Made by a program: the position numbers and the translations under genes. Below the pieces are notes generated by a model that searched no databases, was not told the DNA's origin, and was given only the letters and a program-made list of their open reading frames with translations. A stretch of 63,910 nucleotides of DNA, counting the filler, from Lenisia limosa (Eukaryota; Protista; Breviatea): NCBI GenBank assembly GCA_001655205.1. It is 12 parts of 12 records of this genome, joined end to end, with 100 filler letters (N's around TTAATTAATTAA, not from the genome) between each part and the next. Parts side by side here need not be neighbours in the genome. Positions count along the whole stretch, not along the records: positions 1 to 19,642 come from LPNZ01001185.1; positions 19,743 to 31,819 come from LPNZ01011285.1; 10 more parts are not named here. One strand, written 5' to 3'. Of this stretch, positions 12,430 through 25,600 are shown piece after piece (position 1 is the stretch's first letter; each line of letters begins with the position of its first letter).

Positions 12430-13510
12430 AATTATTTGAGCCGTGTTGGGCTGGGGTGATTGCGGGTTTGGCCCTCGGGGTCAGTGATGCCTTCTCGGCT
12501 GAGAATTAGCGAGGGCTTTGGATGCCGAAAGGATGTACGCTAAGTGTAGCGTGGAGGCTATCTTTAGGAGGCAGTAGAGGTCTCTGATCCATTCATCAAT
12601 AACAAGCTTGTCCTTGACGCCAAATCTAGCATCGCCGCGGTTCCACCTGACAATCAATTAAAAGTATAATGTTATCACGGAGAGGGAAATGCCTTTTTTG
12701 AAAGCCGCATTGAAGTTGAAGAGGTATGCATCAATCTTTTATTGGGGGAGGCTTGCGTTCATTGATATAGTGTCAAGGAGAACACCAAGACAATGGATGT
12801 CCTTGTGGGGGCGACAACCTTACACCGATGCTGAACTCTCTCCAGGTGATGAGAAGAGTGGCGAGTATGTACTTGGCCATGAGTTCGGTCTTTGCGGCAC
12901 TGAAAACATTGGCGAAGTAAATGAAGATGACGCAATCGTGAGACCAAGACTGGAGGTTGGATTGGAGTGCTTGCCGTTAGTGTTGAGAAATGCCGTGATG
13001 CTTGAGATCGTAGTCACCATTTAGGATGTGACCGTTCATGATACGGAGCTTGACTATCACACAATTTGAATATCACACAATTTGACATGAACGTTTATAT
13101 AACAACGACATTTCAATGACACATACGTACACGATAATTCAACATACTGTATATTGATATGAGAAAAATATAATACCGACATACTTCTTTTTGTTGGAAG
13201 AGATGGGCGCCAGAACCGGGGAGGCCGCGAAGAAGGGCTGGCCTCGAGAGAGTAGTCAACGGAGGGTGCGGTATCGATCTTGTTAGCTGCTTGTGAAACG
13301 AAACCTTCCTTGATGAGGCAGAGATGTTGGCGTCACCGAGGGTGGGGGCCTGGTTGAGGGCGCGAAAGATTGTCGACAAGACCTGTTGGATATGGAGGGA
13401 CTCGAAGAATGTCGTTGATAGTCCTGTGTGGATGAGTTTGGTTTACCCGGTTTCTTGAAAAAAATTAAGGATCATCCACACTAATCATCTGAGAAACATA
13501 TCTTCCTTAA
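12430..13510 (-). mobile_element. Second decayed copy of the same RT element, internally deleted
   Basis: 13110-13510 is the reverse complement of a diverged 9170-9480. It then reads RIMNGHILNGDYD...VIFIYFANVFSAAKTELMAKYILATLL...KVVAPTR...LDTISMNASLP, homologous to copy 1, with YLDD decayed to YFAN. Confidence 0.7.
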
Positions 13511-15978
13511 AAGGAAAGTTCTTGTTTTTATTTAAATAAACAGATTGATTAACTTATCAGCCTTATTCATGCCTTTTAATCAAATATGTGGTATCTTATA
13601 GTAACATACCTCAGGATAAGAAAGAACACGTCAATCAAGAACACGTTTGACCTTGGCCACCCGGAGTTCCCTTGTCTTGTGGTAAGGATGTAATTATATC
13701 ATTTTCTATGACATCGTGTTATCAGTTTACAATGTACCTTGTGTTAAATGCTACCTATAACACTTTTGAAACCTAATATTGTTTTAGATGGTACCAAAAG
13801 ACTGTGATCCGAATGTGAAAGTACAGCCGCTTGACTGGGATAGCCTTCAGGAGGCATCAGCTGTGGGGGGCATCTGAATGTTTGTTACCGCTTTATTTTT
13901 GGTAACAACTATTGGTGCACAATTTGGGGGATGAAATTTGTGTTGCATTGTAGCTATTGCAGCTCGCCAGGCTCTGCGAATCAGCACGAACCTTGATGAC
14001 CCCCATCTCTAACGTCGACTTCACGACTACAAAGTCCTTGCCATTAGCTATGAGGTATGTAACCATGTGACTTTTGTAGTATTTGACATTAAATGAAACA
14101 TCATACTTGTTCCAGGACCGTACAGAATTCGAGAATTGTATAGAATTCCTTCTAAAAATGCGTTCTCCTGGAGGACAGTATACTGGATATATCAATCTAA
14201 CCTAGTCATGTTTCTGTTTTTGTTTTCGGGGGTGTTGTTTGTCTAGAGGCTCAAATATATATGTGTGTTTTTATGATATTTAGTAGTTTCCCTTTGTATT
14301 CCGAAGACTTACTTAAAGAAAGTTTCATGCGTGTCTTTACTACTCTGTAACAGAAACTGACTCATCGATAAGAAAATTTGTACATTAGAAACGTTTTTAG
14401 ATACAACAATGAAAACAACGACCAGGAAGTAAAACACAAATTTAGTCATACACAGACGGCGGGAAAAAGTAACCACGGTCTCTGACAAGTCCTTAGCTAC
14501 AATATCAGAATCTGAAAATGGACCTGTAAAAATAATAACCCAGCGAACATATCAATGACACAGTGGTAATTGAAAGTTGAAAGGATAGAAATTTTAAATG
14601 AAAAGCTTGAATAACTGTCATCTGTTGTTAGGCTTTCCATGACAAGTATAAACAACATACCTTATCAGCCATAAGTTTACTGGGAGTAAGAGTAAATAAA
14701 ATACTGTGCAAATGTACATTCATCAGCACATCAGACCATCAGACAACACAAGTCAGCAATGTTCTAGAACATTCTTGATTAGTCTTGATTACTTTCCCCC
14801 TTTTTGATGCATTTTCTTTCAGTAGCAGATACCCCCCCTGGTTTCAATCATTGATATTGGGGGGGTTTACCAGAATATTATTCTTGGCATAAGAAAAATG
14901 GCACCAACCCTTGGTGTGGCACCGCACGCCCGCACGCATTAGCCCAATAAAAAAAAACCGCAACAAAAGAAAGACAAAAAAGTACTTGCACAACAGCACA
15001 ACCATGTTGTATTGTATTTAAAAATAGTATAATAATAATATAATGTATCATATCGATATATATATATCTGATTTTTTATGTATTGCGAACATATCCTCTG
15101 AATATCAATCATATTTTTCTAGTCGTATATATATCATATTTTTTTATTTAGTATTACAAAATAATGATGTCAAAGCTCTGGACATCATTCTAAATTCACC
15201 TGATACATCAAAACTCCCGAACAGTTTGAGTTTTCTATAAAATCACTTTAATAAACCATATTTTCCCACTATTTTTCTATAATAATTTCAATTTCAATCA
15301 CGTGATCGAACACCAATTTAAATATTATCGACTCAAACTCAAATTACGTTTAGGCACTTAGGTTGACACAACAGCCCAAAACCGTTATCAAACGCAACAT
15401 TCAAGGAATAAATGGCAATTATTCTGGAAATTTGACCTTGTAGAAAGTGCTATTTTGAGCATTTCTCTCTCAAAATTCACTATTACACAGCCAAAGCAGG
15501 GGAATTTCTAACCAATTGATACAGGCAAACAAGGGGGGAGTAATGTCAAAAATAAGCAAAAGTTGACCAAACCTCTTGATTTGTCTAAGGTAAAAATTAA
15601 AGGTTTACTTTCTGTTCCAATTCCGGTTTTTACGTAGAACCGGAACGATGTGGCAACTACTTATTAGAGCTTCACTTTCAGTCTAAAAAATTCGATATAT
15701 TTCCAATAAATATCGACAAATATCGATAATTCACACGTCTTTTAGAGCCAAAAGTGAAGCTCTACTTAATAACATATATACTTCCTTTTACTTTCCCATT
15801 TATATTACAGGTAGTATGAAATATATATCGATATAATAGACATAGGTTGGTGTATATAATCGCAAACATGAATAAAAACCGCCAACAAGCCAAAAATCGA
15901 CATAAATCGCTTTAAAAACACCATTTTTAGTGTTAAATTCGGCATTTTTGAGCACAAGACTATCAATATAACATCAAA

Positions 15979-16146
15979 TAGAAGAGAAGCAGAGAGGAAG
16001 AGAGAGAGGACTTATCCAACTGTTGGGCTCATATTGTGATCCAAGCTTCATTTCTATTGAGCATTTTAAGATCAAAGAGCCCAGGTTAAGGACTTCAGGA
16101 AAAAAAAACTTGGTGATCCCAAGGATGATCAAAGCTCCGGATTTAA
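15979..16146 (-). repeat. ~170-bp dispersed repeat, copy 2
   Basis: Reverse complement of 7968-8141. Confidence 0.8.
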
Positions 16147-17006
16147 TGTTAAACAAAAATGCGCACCCCTCGAAGTAAGTGTGGGGAAGCATTGATTGGT
16201 ATGACATTTAATGCCGGCCGTAGTAATTGGTCATCTTTCCATGTAGTTAAGTGGACTGCTGGTGGAAATTGCAGTTACCAGTCTTGCGGATCTTGTCGAA
16301 AAACTCTGCCTTGTACAGGTTGTATTGTTTAGCAATTACCCTTTAAGAAATACAATTTACAGACCACGATATTAAGCCGGCTTCTGTCCCCATATGTGCT
16401 CGTTGTGGTAAGGTATGTGGCTGGTTGTTAATAGTTATCATTTTGTGGAATTTCATTTTCCTCTTCTTTGTACATTGTTTTTAATATGCACACAATCTGC
16501 CTGATCGTATGTACATCTTAGATACCAATAGTCACTTTGACCAGGATAAGGAGGCCTGTCCAATATCAGTGCGATGCTATTCTTCAAGCGGATTGGCAAT
16601 TTACATCAAGTATTTCTTGGCAACCTAACAAACTAGTATATGATTATTACTGCTGTGGTACTCTATGTCCTATCTCAATGGATGAGTGGGGGCCATTCGG
16701 CCAGAAAGAATGACGGCGATGTGTATTGGATTCTTCGATAGAGAGATCGGAGACGGATGTGTAACGTCCATTGAGAAGGTCTGGGCGCGACACAGCAAGG
16801 ACCTTTGTTCCATGTCAAAGGTCTCGTTCCAAGTAAGTGGCTTAATCTTTAATGAGAGTAAACTGTGTTTCTTTGAAACTGCCACTCCCTGCATACTTCT
16901 TTGTTTGGAATGTTCCGTTTGTTTGTTATATTTGATCTCTGATGTTGGGAATTTTTCCTATCCTCCTCCACCCACCCTGATAGAAGAAGAAAGGTGAGGT
17001 TATGAT

Positions 17007-17440
17007 ATGAAACATGATCAGAAAGAGATCGAGAAAACTCCCACCACAGTTTTGCCTCCCCTTTCTCTTGCTGATCCTATTACTAAGAAGTCGCCTCCTT
17101 CGGTTGTGAGGGGTCGCTCAGCCGGAAATATCGCCGTCGGGTCTTCCGTTGGGAAAGATCTCCGCGCCCAGAACCTCAACTTCCGTCAACGACTTCACCT
17201 TACCGCTCTTCCTCCCAAGTATGATGGAGAATTTTGTTTTTGAAGTGTTTTTTAACATGTTACCATTTTTTTTAATTGTTATCACCTTGAAGGACAAAAG
17301 ACACCCTTCTGCTTGTCTCTCCGGTATTCTTGTCAAGACCGCTGCTCTTGGCAACATTTGCAAGCCCGCTGATGAGACCACATCCGAGAGCATAATGCAT
17401 CATATTATCAAGACTGGATACTACCCACTGCTACCAAGGT
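17007..17440 (+). CDS. Exon-like ORFs of an unknown protein
   Basis: Coding-like stretches (TTVLPPLSLADPITKKSPP...; LVKTAALGNICKPADE...) end at GTATG donors. No family recognised. Confidence 0.3.
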
Positions 17441-17631
17441 ATGTTCAAGCATATTAGCAGTGTGGTGGGGGTGTGTGGTACTGTGAAAGCTATTCTCTTG
17501 TTTTGTTTTGCTAAACTTATGTGAAAATGTAAGTTTTTTAAACAATTCTGCATTTACCCCCCAGATCCCCACCTCACCGGCACTCACAAGAAGAACGGCA
17601 AGAGGTTGACTCTTTGCCGGCTCCACAAGTG

Positions 17632-19022
17632 TCACCAGAAGGAGCAGTCTCTTCTTCTCCCCGTCTCAGTCCGTGTCGAGGGATTCAATGATGAAAAGTC
17701 ACTTATACTAAAGTTATGTCCCCACTTCCGCATTCCTCTGGTGTCGTGCTCCATTTTCTCCTCCAGAATGGCTGCACCAACAGCCTCAATAGCCTCAGCG
17801 CTGTGGAGGTGGAAGACATCGCCTCCAAATGCGGAGACAATGCCACCAGACACAAAAAAGCGTCAGCCTAGGCGCCTAAACTCCATCATATTAAGACTTG
17901 TCTTTACAATTTTCATTATATCAACAAAAACAAAACAAAAAAAATGTTGAGGGTTGGCACAACTGGGTGGTGCACCCCCAGAAAAATGAAAATATTATTC
18001 CCTGCTTTTCTGCCATGCAACATATTATTGAACCTTGTCATTGTTAATAATGTGCACATAAGTACGCTATATATTTTTTTTTGTGGCTTTTCAATGTACA
18101 GTACCACCTAAACGTCACTTTCTAGACAATTTTTTTCTTGACTTTCCCGATCAATTGTCGCAATTTTATGAACCGTATCGGATTGGGGAGCATTTTGATT
18201 TCACTCACTTGTTCATCAATGCATTTTACTCAAGAAGTTATTGATTTTGAAAGACTTGTATCACTTGAATTTATGTTTAAAAGACTACACTTTTCCTTAG
18301 TCACAACCAACACGGACAAGTGTGATAAGGACGTTGACAAAGCATTCCGGGTAAAAATTCTTTGTTATTTTTTTCAATTGTCAATTTCTCTGTCATTTAT
18401 GGTATTCCTTACACCACAGTAGATGTACCTTCTTTCCGACAATTCCAAAAAACTCAACAGTTAGGCAGCGGCAGACCATGAAGCGTTTCTCAGCAGGTGT
18501 CCAGACATGGTTGAAGTACATCAGATCCCTCGCGGTTCTGGTACAAATCCTGAACAGACACGGAGGTCTTTTCCATGTTAAATACCGTCAAAAGAGAGCT
18601 AACTTAAACATATTCATCAATGTACTATAGAAGGAGTTGAAAAGTTCGCTTGCGACACAAGCAGAGAACTCCAATTGAACAGGAGGAAGTTAAAACCTGA
18701 TTTCCCATTTCCAAACAAACAGCGTAAGAACAAGGATTATGTGTATCTTTCCTGAAGAAGCTGCAAGACGCTCACTAAGATATTCACGCATCTAGAAACT
18801 AAAATAGAGCAGTGTGTAGAAACTACAAGCCGTACCAGTTTCGGAGTCAATGTTGACAACCAGGAGGCCATATTCGCCAATAGTCCTCCAAACATCCTCA
18901 TTGTCAGGGCTGTAGAGGGCAGTGAAGGAATCATAGCAGACATCTTCTTGGAGGAGAGGGTTCTTCTTCATGATAAACTCCCTCATTGATAGTTTTCTTC
19001 CACTAAAATTCACTGTTTTCAT
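17632..19022 (-). CDS. Possible gene or pseudogene of unknown function
   Basis: Several protein-like segments (MREFIMKKNPLLQEDVCYDS...; GGDVFHLHSAEAIEAVGAAILEEKMEHD) with intervening stops. No family recognised. Confidence 0.25.
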
Positions 19023-19686
19023 TTTAAACTGTTGAAAATACTAAAAAAAAAAAAAAAAACTATTTTATGCTCTGGTCCTGTCTTCTCTCCCAAGAGGAGT
19101 ATTTTTCTGGCCCCTTTCCGCTAAAAATAATTCAAAATTGATATTATTTTTGTAAACAAAAGCAAGTTAGTCCTGTTAAAATCCAAGGCTTGTGCTTTCT
19201 TCCCCAGTTTCGTAACCACCTTAAGAGTTGTCAATCGCCTAACCGTATCCAAACAACACTAACAACTTGTATGAAGCTTTTCGCACCATAAGCAAGCCGA
19301 AAGATGCACAATTTGAAAAATCGTTCTTCTCTGATCTTGCCACATCCCCCCTTCTCCCCTTCTCAGCGGTCTTTGAGAAAGAGTAAAAATGAGAAGCTTG
19401 AGAAAAATTGTTAAATTGCAAATATCGAGAAAAATCCCAAAAATGTCTTTTCACTTTAACCCCGCATTAAGTCAATTACTTTTTAAAAAAAGGCGGGGAG
19501 GGGGGGTAGTAATATTACATTTCCTAAACTACTTGCACAATAAATGACATCTTCCACAGGCTACCATCAATCCATGAACAGCATTTATGCAAATTAGAAA
19601 AAAAGGGGGAAACCAAACAACGCAACTGAAAACCCCCCTTTCNNNNNNNNNNNNNNNNNNNNNNNNNNNNNNNNNNNNNNNNNNNN

Positions 19687-19698
19687 TTAATTAATTAA
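19687..19698. other. Artificial scaffold linker (first of 11)
   Basis: TTAATTAATTAA flanked by N runs (stops in all six frames). Also at 31864, 40299, 45723, 48424, 51496, 54365, 56219, 58616, 60570 and 62432. Confidence 0.95.
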
Positions 19699-19741
19699 NN
19701 NNNNNNNNNNNNNNNNNNNNNNNNNNNNNNNNNNNNNNNNN

Positions 19742-19860
19742 NGGGGGGGGGGGGGTAAAATTGAAAAATTATGAAACAAAAAAAGTCCAAACTCGGCTGA
19801 CAACACACGAGGGTTGATAACAACAAAGCAAACAAAGCCCAGGCCAGTCGTTTCTGCAGA
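19742..19860 (-). repeat. Family B repeat forming most of a minus-strand intron
   Basis: Reverse complement reads TGCAGAAACGACTGGCCTGGGCTTTGTTTGCTTTGTTGTTATCAACCCTCGTGTGTTGTCAGCC...TTTCATAATTTTTCAATTTTACCCCC. Confidence 0.85.
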
Positions 19861-19879
19861 ATGTACAAGAAAAGTGTGA

Positions 19880-20600
19880 ACCGTCAAATCCACCATGATG
19901 TTGCGTGAAGCCAGAAATGAGGACTTTGAGCCAATCTCACCAGTAGAAGTGGCCGACTTGAGGGCATGGAGGTATGTGGCCTTCAGGGCCCGGGGGTAGG
20001 TCATCATTGACAGACCGCCACTGAGCAGCGCGTGTTGCTGCAGGAAGCCCTCGTATTCGCTGACATTATCAATTGGTAAAATAGCAGTACAATGCAATAC
20101 ACATAATTGAATAGAATATGTAGTAAGATAAAAATTTACAGTTTGATACAATGAAGAACAAATAACAAGAATAAAATACAACATACTGCAATATAATACC
20201 CACTGTTCTAATTTCCAAAGGATAGCCCCCCCCCCACCTTTCTGCTAACAGAGGCGCGTCATGACAGGCCTTAGCAACATGGCCAATGATGGCAGGAGAT
20301 AGGCCTGGTGGTGAGAACAGGGAAAAAATTTAATTTGCAGAAAAGTCTCTATTGAAACTAGGATCATAGAGATCCTTTTTTAAAAAAAAGGGGGGAAATG
20401 GACACTGTGCACACTCCTTTGACTGGACATATGACCCCATTGCACCAACCTTGGGGGGTCCTCAACACGATGCTAGGGAGAAGAGCCCTGCACGCGGCCG
20501 CGGTAGAGGCGTATCTACCCTTGGTCACAGCCTGCGTCTTCGGAGAAAGAAGACCACTCTTCGTCAGGGATGCCATGGCCGTTGCTGGGAGGTCAAAATG
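19880..20600 (-). CDS. Multi-exon gene fragment, unknown function
   Basis: GC-rich exons (ASLTKSGLLSPKTQAV...; GLSPAIIGHVAKACHDAPLL; EYEGFLQQHALLSGGLSMMTYP...) bounded by GT/AG. Confidence 0.45.
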
Positions 20601-22689
20601 CTAGTGAAGGGGCTAGGGTAAAAAATAGTTGAAAAGTGAGCATAGATAGAATGAGGCTTCATTTCCAATTATACTATCATCCGAGTTTTATTTCGACCTA
20701 TCCGTTGCTTTGATATTTTGGTATTGCTAACTCTTTTAATGTTTGATAGCATCAACTAACTCTGTGCTATATTTTTGGTATCGAGAAGGAGGACTTGCCG
20801 AAGGATAATATCTCAAGAGACAAGCCAAAGGTAGCTGAAGCTGCTGATTTTGTCTTTAGCGATAGTCAATCATGGAAAGAGTTTTTCAAGAGAATGGAAA
20901 AGATGGTTGGAAAGCAACTTTTCCTTTAATCATTGTAGCTGCCATTTGATATTCATCAAGTGAACAGTGATGAAAAGCCTGGTTTGTCTTCTTCGTTAAT
21001 TCCTCTTAGTATTTAATCATTTCAAAAAAGAGGCGAGTCTATGAGGATTGTTCCTCTTTTGAACGCCTCAGAAGGCACGCGCAGTGTTTTCTCGAAAAAA
21101 ATAGGACGGTTCAGGAATTGAATTTTTTACAATTTTCAAGAAGAAATTTTATCAGTGAGTACTTTTTGAGGTTTTTTTTCTTTTATATTTTCCTACTGCT
21201 TTTTGAGTAAACTATTTGTAAAGATAATTTCACCCTGCCTTTAATTAGCATGGGTTATCTCTTGAGCTGTGTCACTGTTCTTCGGAACACAAAAGGTCTT
21301 ATCTTTACCCATTCCTCCTCCAAGTTTGACATCACCCTAAGCCAAAGGGCGATCTTTTCAGGCCAAGGCACAACAACAGTCACGCTGTCACCTGACCAAT
21401 CGCTTCCAAAGCCAGCACACGTTGCTTGGGAGTCATATCTTCCTTATGGTGGCATTTTAAACAATGCTAATTCTCTAACCTCTTCACTCTAAAAGAGAAT
21501 ATCTGGGAGCAGGATGAGTACTCGGACTGCATCCAGTTTGGCTTCGTAGCCAATCCATGTCATTAAGGGGTTTACCAAGGAGTATTGCCACTGTGCACAG
21601 AAAACCCCCATGCATCCACAGTGACGCAATTGTACTTGCAGAAGAGGACGGTTTGATCCCCCCAGAAATTATGTTGAAGGAGTGAGGTTTCCCCCCCTAA
21701 ATTGCTCAGAGAAGAACTGCAAATACGTCTGTTTTTTTGATAATGTGAATTGACAAAATATTGTTTGATTTAGATAGGTTAGCGCTACATTAACAACATG
21801 CCCCCCCCAGACTCTCTTGGTTACAAGATTCATATTGGCGCTTCGATATGACGATATATCAAATATGCGGTGGAAGCATGTATCTTTGAGAAGGTATGAG
21901 TTTAATGAGTTTTTTCTCATTTTTTTCTGGAGCTGACCAATTACTGTTTTACTTAACCACAGTATATTAACCCATATCCACTAGTGAAAAAATCATATGA
22001 CCGGCTTCGAGTCGAAATGATAAACGAAGATAATACGAAGTATCATTGAGACTTGTCGGTCAATTATCATTCGAGTGGTAAGCGGGAAAAAATTGCTCAT
22101 GACAATCATGTCTGTTCCACGTTCCATCCCCGTTTTCTCTTGTCGCATGTAGGGTTAGGAGTGTTTTAATAGGTTAACAAAATAGTTACATGGGGGACCA
22201 TCAAGGGGGGGACGAGTTTTGGCCAAAAAGGTACATGTATATAGTATATAAATACATTGTTTGGACGACCAGACTAGCTAGCATTTATGAAATAATGCAA
22301 AAAAAAAATAAAAAAAAAATAGCTCTGTCTTTTAAATATCCGAGAAACAAATGATGAAAGGTGGGAGAGTTGGGAGAAAAGACAATTACCCTCTCCCCCC
22401 TTAAGGCAATGTACTCTTAGGCAGTTGAAGTTTCCAGTTCATGACTGGATTAGTATGCAAGGTAAGATTGATAGAGAGATTGAGAAAGACAAAGAAAGAT
22501 GGAGAGATAGAAAGACAAAGAAAGACAGAGAGATAGAGAGGCAAAGGAAGAAATAAAGTGAAAAAAAAAAAAAGAAAGAGTTCCACATTGCTTANNNNNN
22601 NNNNNNNNNNNNNNNNNNNNNNNNNNNNNNNNNNNNNNNNNNNNNNNNNNNNNNNNNNNNNNNNNNNNNNNNNNNNNNNNNNNNNGGAG

Positions 22690-25600
22690 GAACAATGTTT
22701 TCAGTTCGGTCCGGCTCGGAGCAAGGTTCGAGGAAGGAGGCGAAGAAGTCACTTTCAGCCAGCCATTGACTGTAGATGGCTGAGGGGGGTGTGAGAAGAT
22801 GGGAGAGAATTAATCGAATTCAACATCCTTTTACAAACTCAACCATCCTTTTATAACCTCAGCATTCTTTTATAAACGAGAGCTCAGACCCGAGCCTTAA
22901 CAAAGCAACTCAGTTAAAACAGACTGGATGATATGATGATGATGGGTGGGGGGGAAAAAACATATGATATATCGATATAATACATATGTATAGGGCTGAG
23001 GTTTGTAATAATGAGAGAGAAGACTCAAGGTATGCCCCCCCTCCTCCCCCAATACAATGGAGTTGTAAAAGGCTGTGTGTACATGAGACAAACTCAGAAT
23101 ACGGGCCTGTAATGGACCAAATTCCAGTTCCGGCTGCAGGAGCTGACGTGTCTCCCTAATACGGTAAGTAAGCCGTTTCTCCCTCATATAGCAAGTAAGC
23201 CGTTTCACCCTAATATGGTAAGTTAGCTGTTTCACCCTAATATGTTAAGTTCGCTGTTTCTCCCAAAATTGGTAGAAGCCTAACAACCAATTTCTCTCCT
23301 CAGTGAAGCCCCCTCCCCCACCATTCCAGCGTAAAGATGATGGTCATCGCATCCCTCTTTGATCCACTCCAAAGCCGCTGTGAACGTCTCCACCAACTCC
23401 TCGCGAATGTCATCGTTTTCTGAAGGGTCAAAGAGCGAATGTCATCGTTTTCTGAAGGGCCAAGGAGTTGATAAGGGTCAAGGAGTTGATAAGGGTCCAT
23501 CCCGGTTGAAAAATGTAGAAAACCAAAGTACATTGAAGAAGTGCAGAGCGTACACACAACGGCAGAATAATCCCAAGTGAAAAAAGTTGTTATAAGTAAG
23601 AGTGATGTATCTTAAGGAAATACCGGAATTTATCTGAATATTGTGAATAGATCCGCATCTGGGTGGCTCAACTGAAGAGAAATATGATAACGTAACCGCC
23701 CCACCATCAATATCAGTCATGCTCTTGATAGCTGCAGCTACGAGCATCATTCTGCAGGCCAGCACAGGGTGGACAGAGTCGTTAGCAGCCTCTTGGCGGA
23801 ATAGGGCGACTAGGTTGGCCTGGCTCGCCATTTCAGCTCCAAATGCTGATGGGTGAGTGGTTGAATTGAAGGGCTGTAAGAGATGAGAGAGTGGTTGGAA
23901 TGAAGGGCTGTAAGAGATGAGAGAGTGGTTGGAATGAAGGGCTGTAAGATGGGGGCACATATTAATCTTGCTTCTGAGAAAAAACATAGAGTCGGCAAAA
24001 TACTTGAAAGCCAAGCAACTCTGCATACTATACATGATAGACAAAGGAAGATGATATATTTATCACAAAGATAGTCCTTTCTGATACTGGAAATGGTCCA
24101 TAAAACTTGTANNNNNNNNNNNNNNNNNNNNNNNNNNNNNNNNNNNNNNNNNNNNNNNNNNNNNNNNNNNNNNNNNNNNNNNNNNNNNNNNNNNNNNNNN
24201 NNNNNNNNNNNNNNNNNNNNNNNNNNNNNNNNNNNNNNNNNNNNNNNNNNNNNNNNNNNNNNNNNNNNNGGTCATGCGGTGGCGTCCACTGTCCGTCAGG
24301 AGCCCGGTCATGCACAGGGACCACCGGCAAGCTGTTGGGTTATGCGCTGCGGGATAGAGGAAATGCGCTGGTGTTCTTGTATAAAGTCTCTGTTGAAACT
24401 GGATCAGAGAGATGGTTTTTTTCGTTAGAAGAAGAAGACTAATGTGATAGTCCCGTGCTGTATGTATTCATCAAGACCCCCCCCCCCCNNNNNNNNNNNN
24501 NNNNNNNNNNNNNNNNNNNNNNNNNNNNNNNNNNNNNNNNNNNNNNNNNNNNNNNNNNNNNNCTGCCGCTGAGAGCTTGTTGTTGATTCGCGCTATTGGG
24601 TGAGAGTAAAACGAAAGAAATTTCTTGTACAAAGATTCTCCATTTCTAACTTTTAATATAATATTCATCTTTTCTTGTTCAAAAAAAGATGAAGAATATT
24701 GGCGTAAAGGTACTTATCACGAGCCGAATAATCAAACAAACAAACAAAAAAAAAAGCAATAACAAACAGTAAAATACAGTTGTTTGAATTAATAGACAGA
24801 GAGAGAAACAAACCCTGAGTGGCAAGATGGGGGAATATTGAGAAGTGGCTGACCCAAGAAAACAACGGCTTTTTTTTATTGGAGAATTCCTGTAAGAGGC
24901 CATTCACTTCGGTTCGAAAAAAGACTGAATTTCTTCGAAAATTATGGATATTTTACTTGTATTTTTCGAACCAAAGTGAAGACTTAGTCATACTCACCCA
25001 GAGTGGACTCGGCTGACGCCAAAAACGCTTCCTCAGGCTTCATCAGGAAGGATACCTGAAACATGAAGGGGGAGGGTTGATTACGAGGGGGTGTGGTATA
25101 AGGGTGGACAAAGAAAATTCGATGACGTAGAATGAAGGAGGGAGTAATGGCACTAATGAAAAATACAAATACAACTAACGATTAAACAATCCTGGGTTAT
25201 CATAAACTATCTCAATGAGTTGAGTATGATATGCAATTGGACAAAACAAGCATCGGAAGAAACTCTATCCACCGCCAACCTGCGAAGGGCTGAAAGGAAG
25301 GGGAGCCTTGTCCATAGTGGTCTTGGCAGTGTATTTGTTGTCGTTGAAGCCGACACATGTGGTGTACATTCCAATAAACTCATTGCTCAATTCCTACAAG
25401 AGTTATGCCAGCTTTTCACGAAACAAGGGGGAGGGGGAGTTTTGAAGTTGCAGTTAAAATATGTTCATTTGATAAGTGAGGTTTGCGTATGAAAAATAAG
25501 GATACTTTCACTGAAACATATTAATCCATTGTTTTTGAAAGGATGACATGTCCCACTGGTCATAGCTGTCATAACAAACCTGGATAGGCGTCTTGTTGGA

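Noticed and set aside
13893-14195. 100-aa minus-strand ORF
   Set aside because: It may be an exon, but there is no recognisable motif or consistent splice context to support a call.
14780-15560. Copia-like polypurine tracts (AAGGGGGAG / CCCCCTTTTTG)
   Set aside because: No LTR pair, RNase H or integrase sequence is recognisable nearby.
20770-21110. Plus-strand exons resembling a dynein heavy-chain segment (RVYEDCSSFERL)
   Set aside because: The similarity is too short, splice phases do not join cleanly, and the expected downstream motifs are absent.
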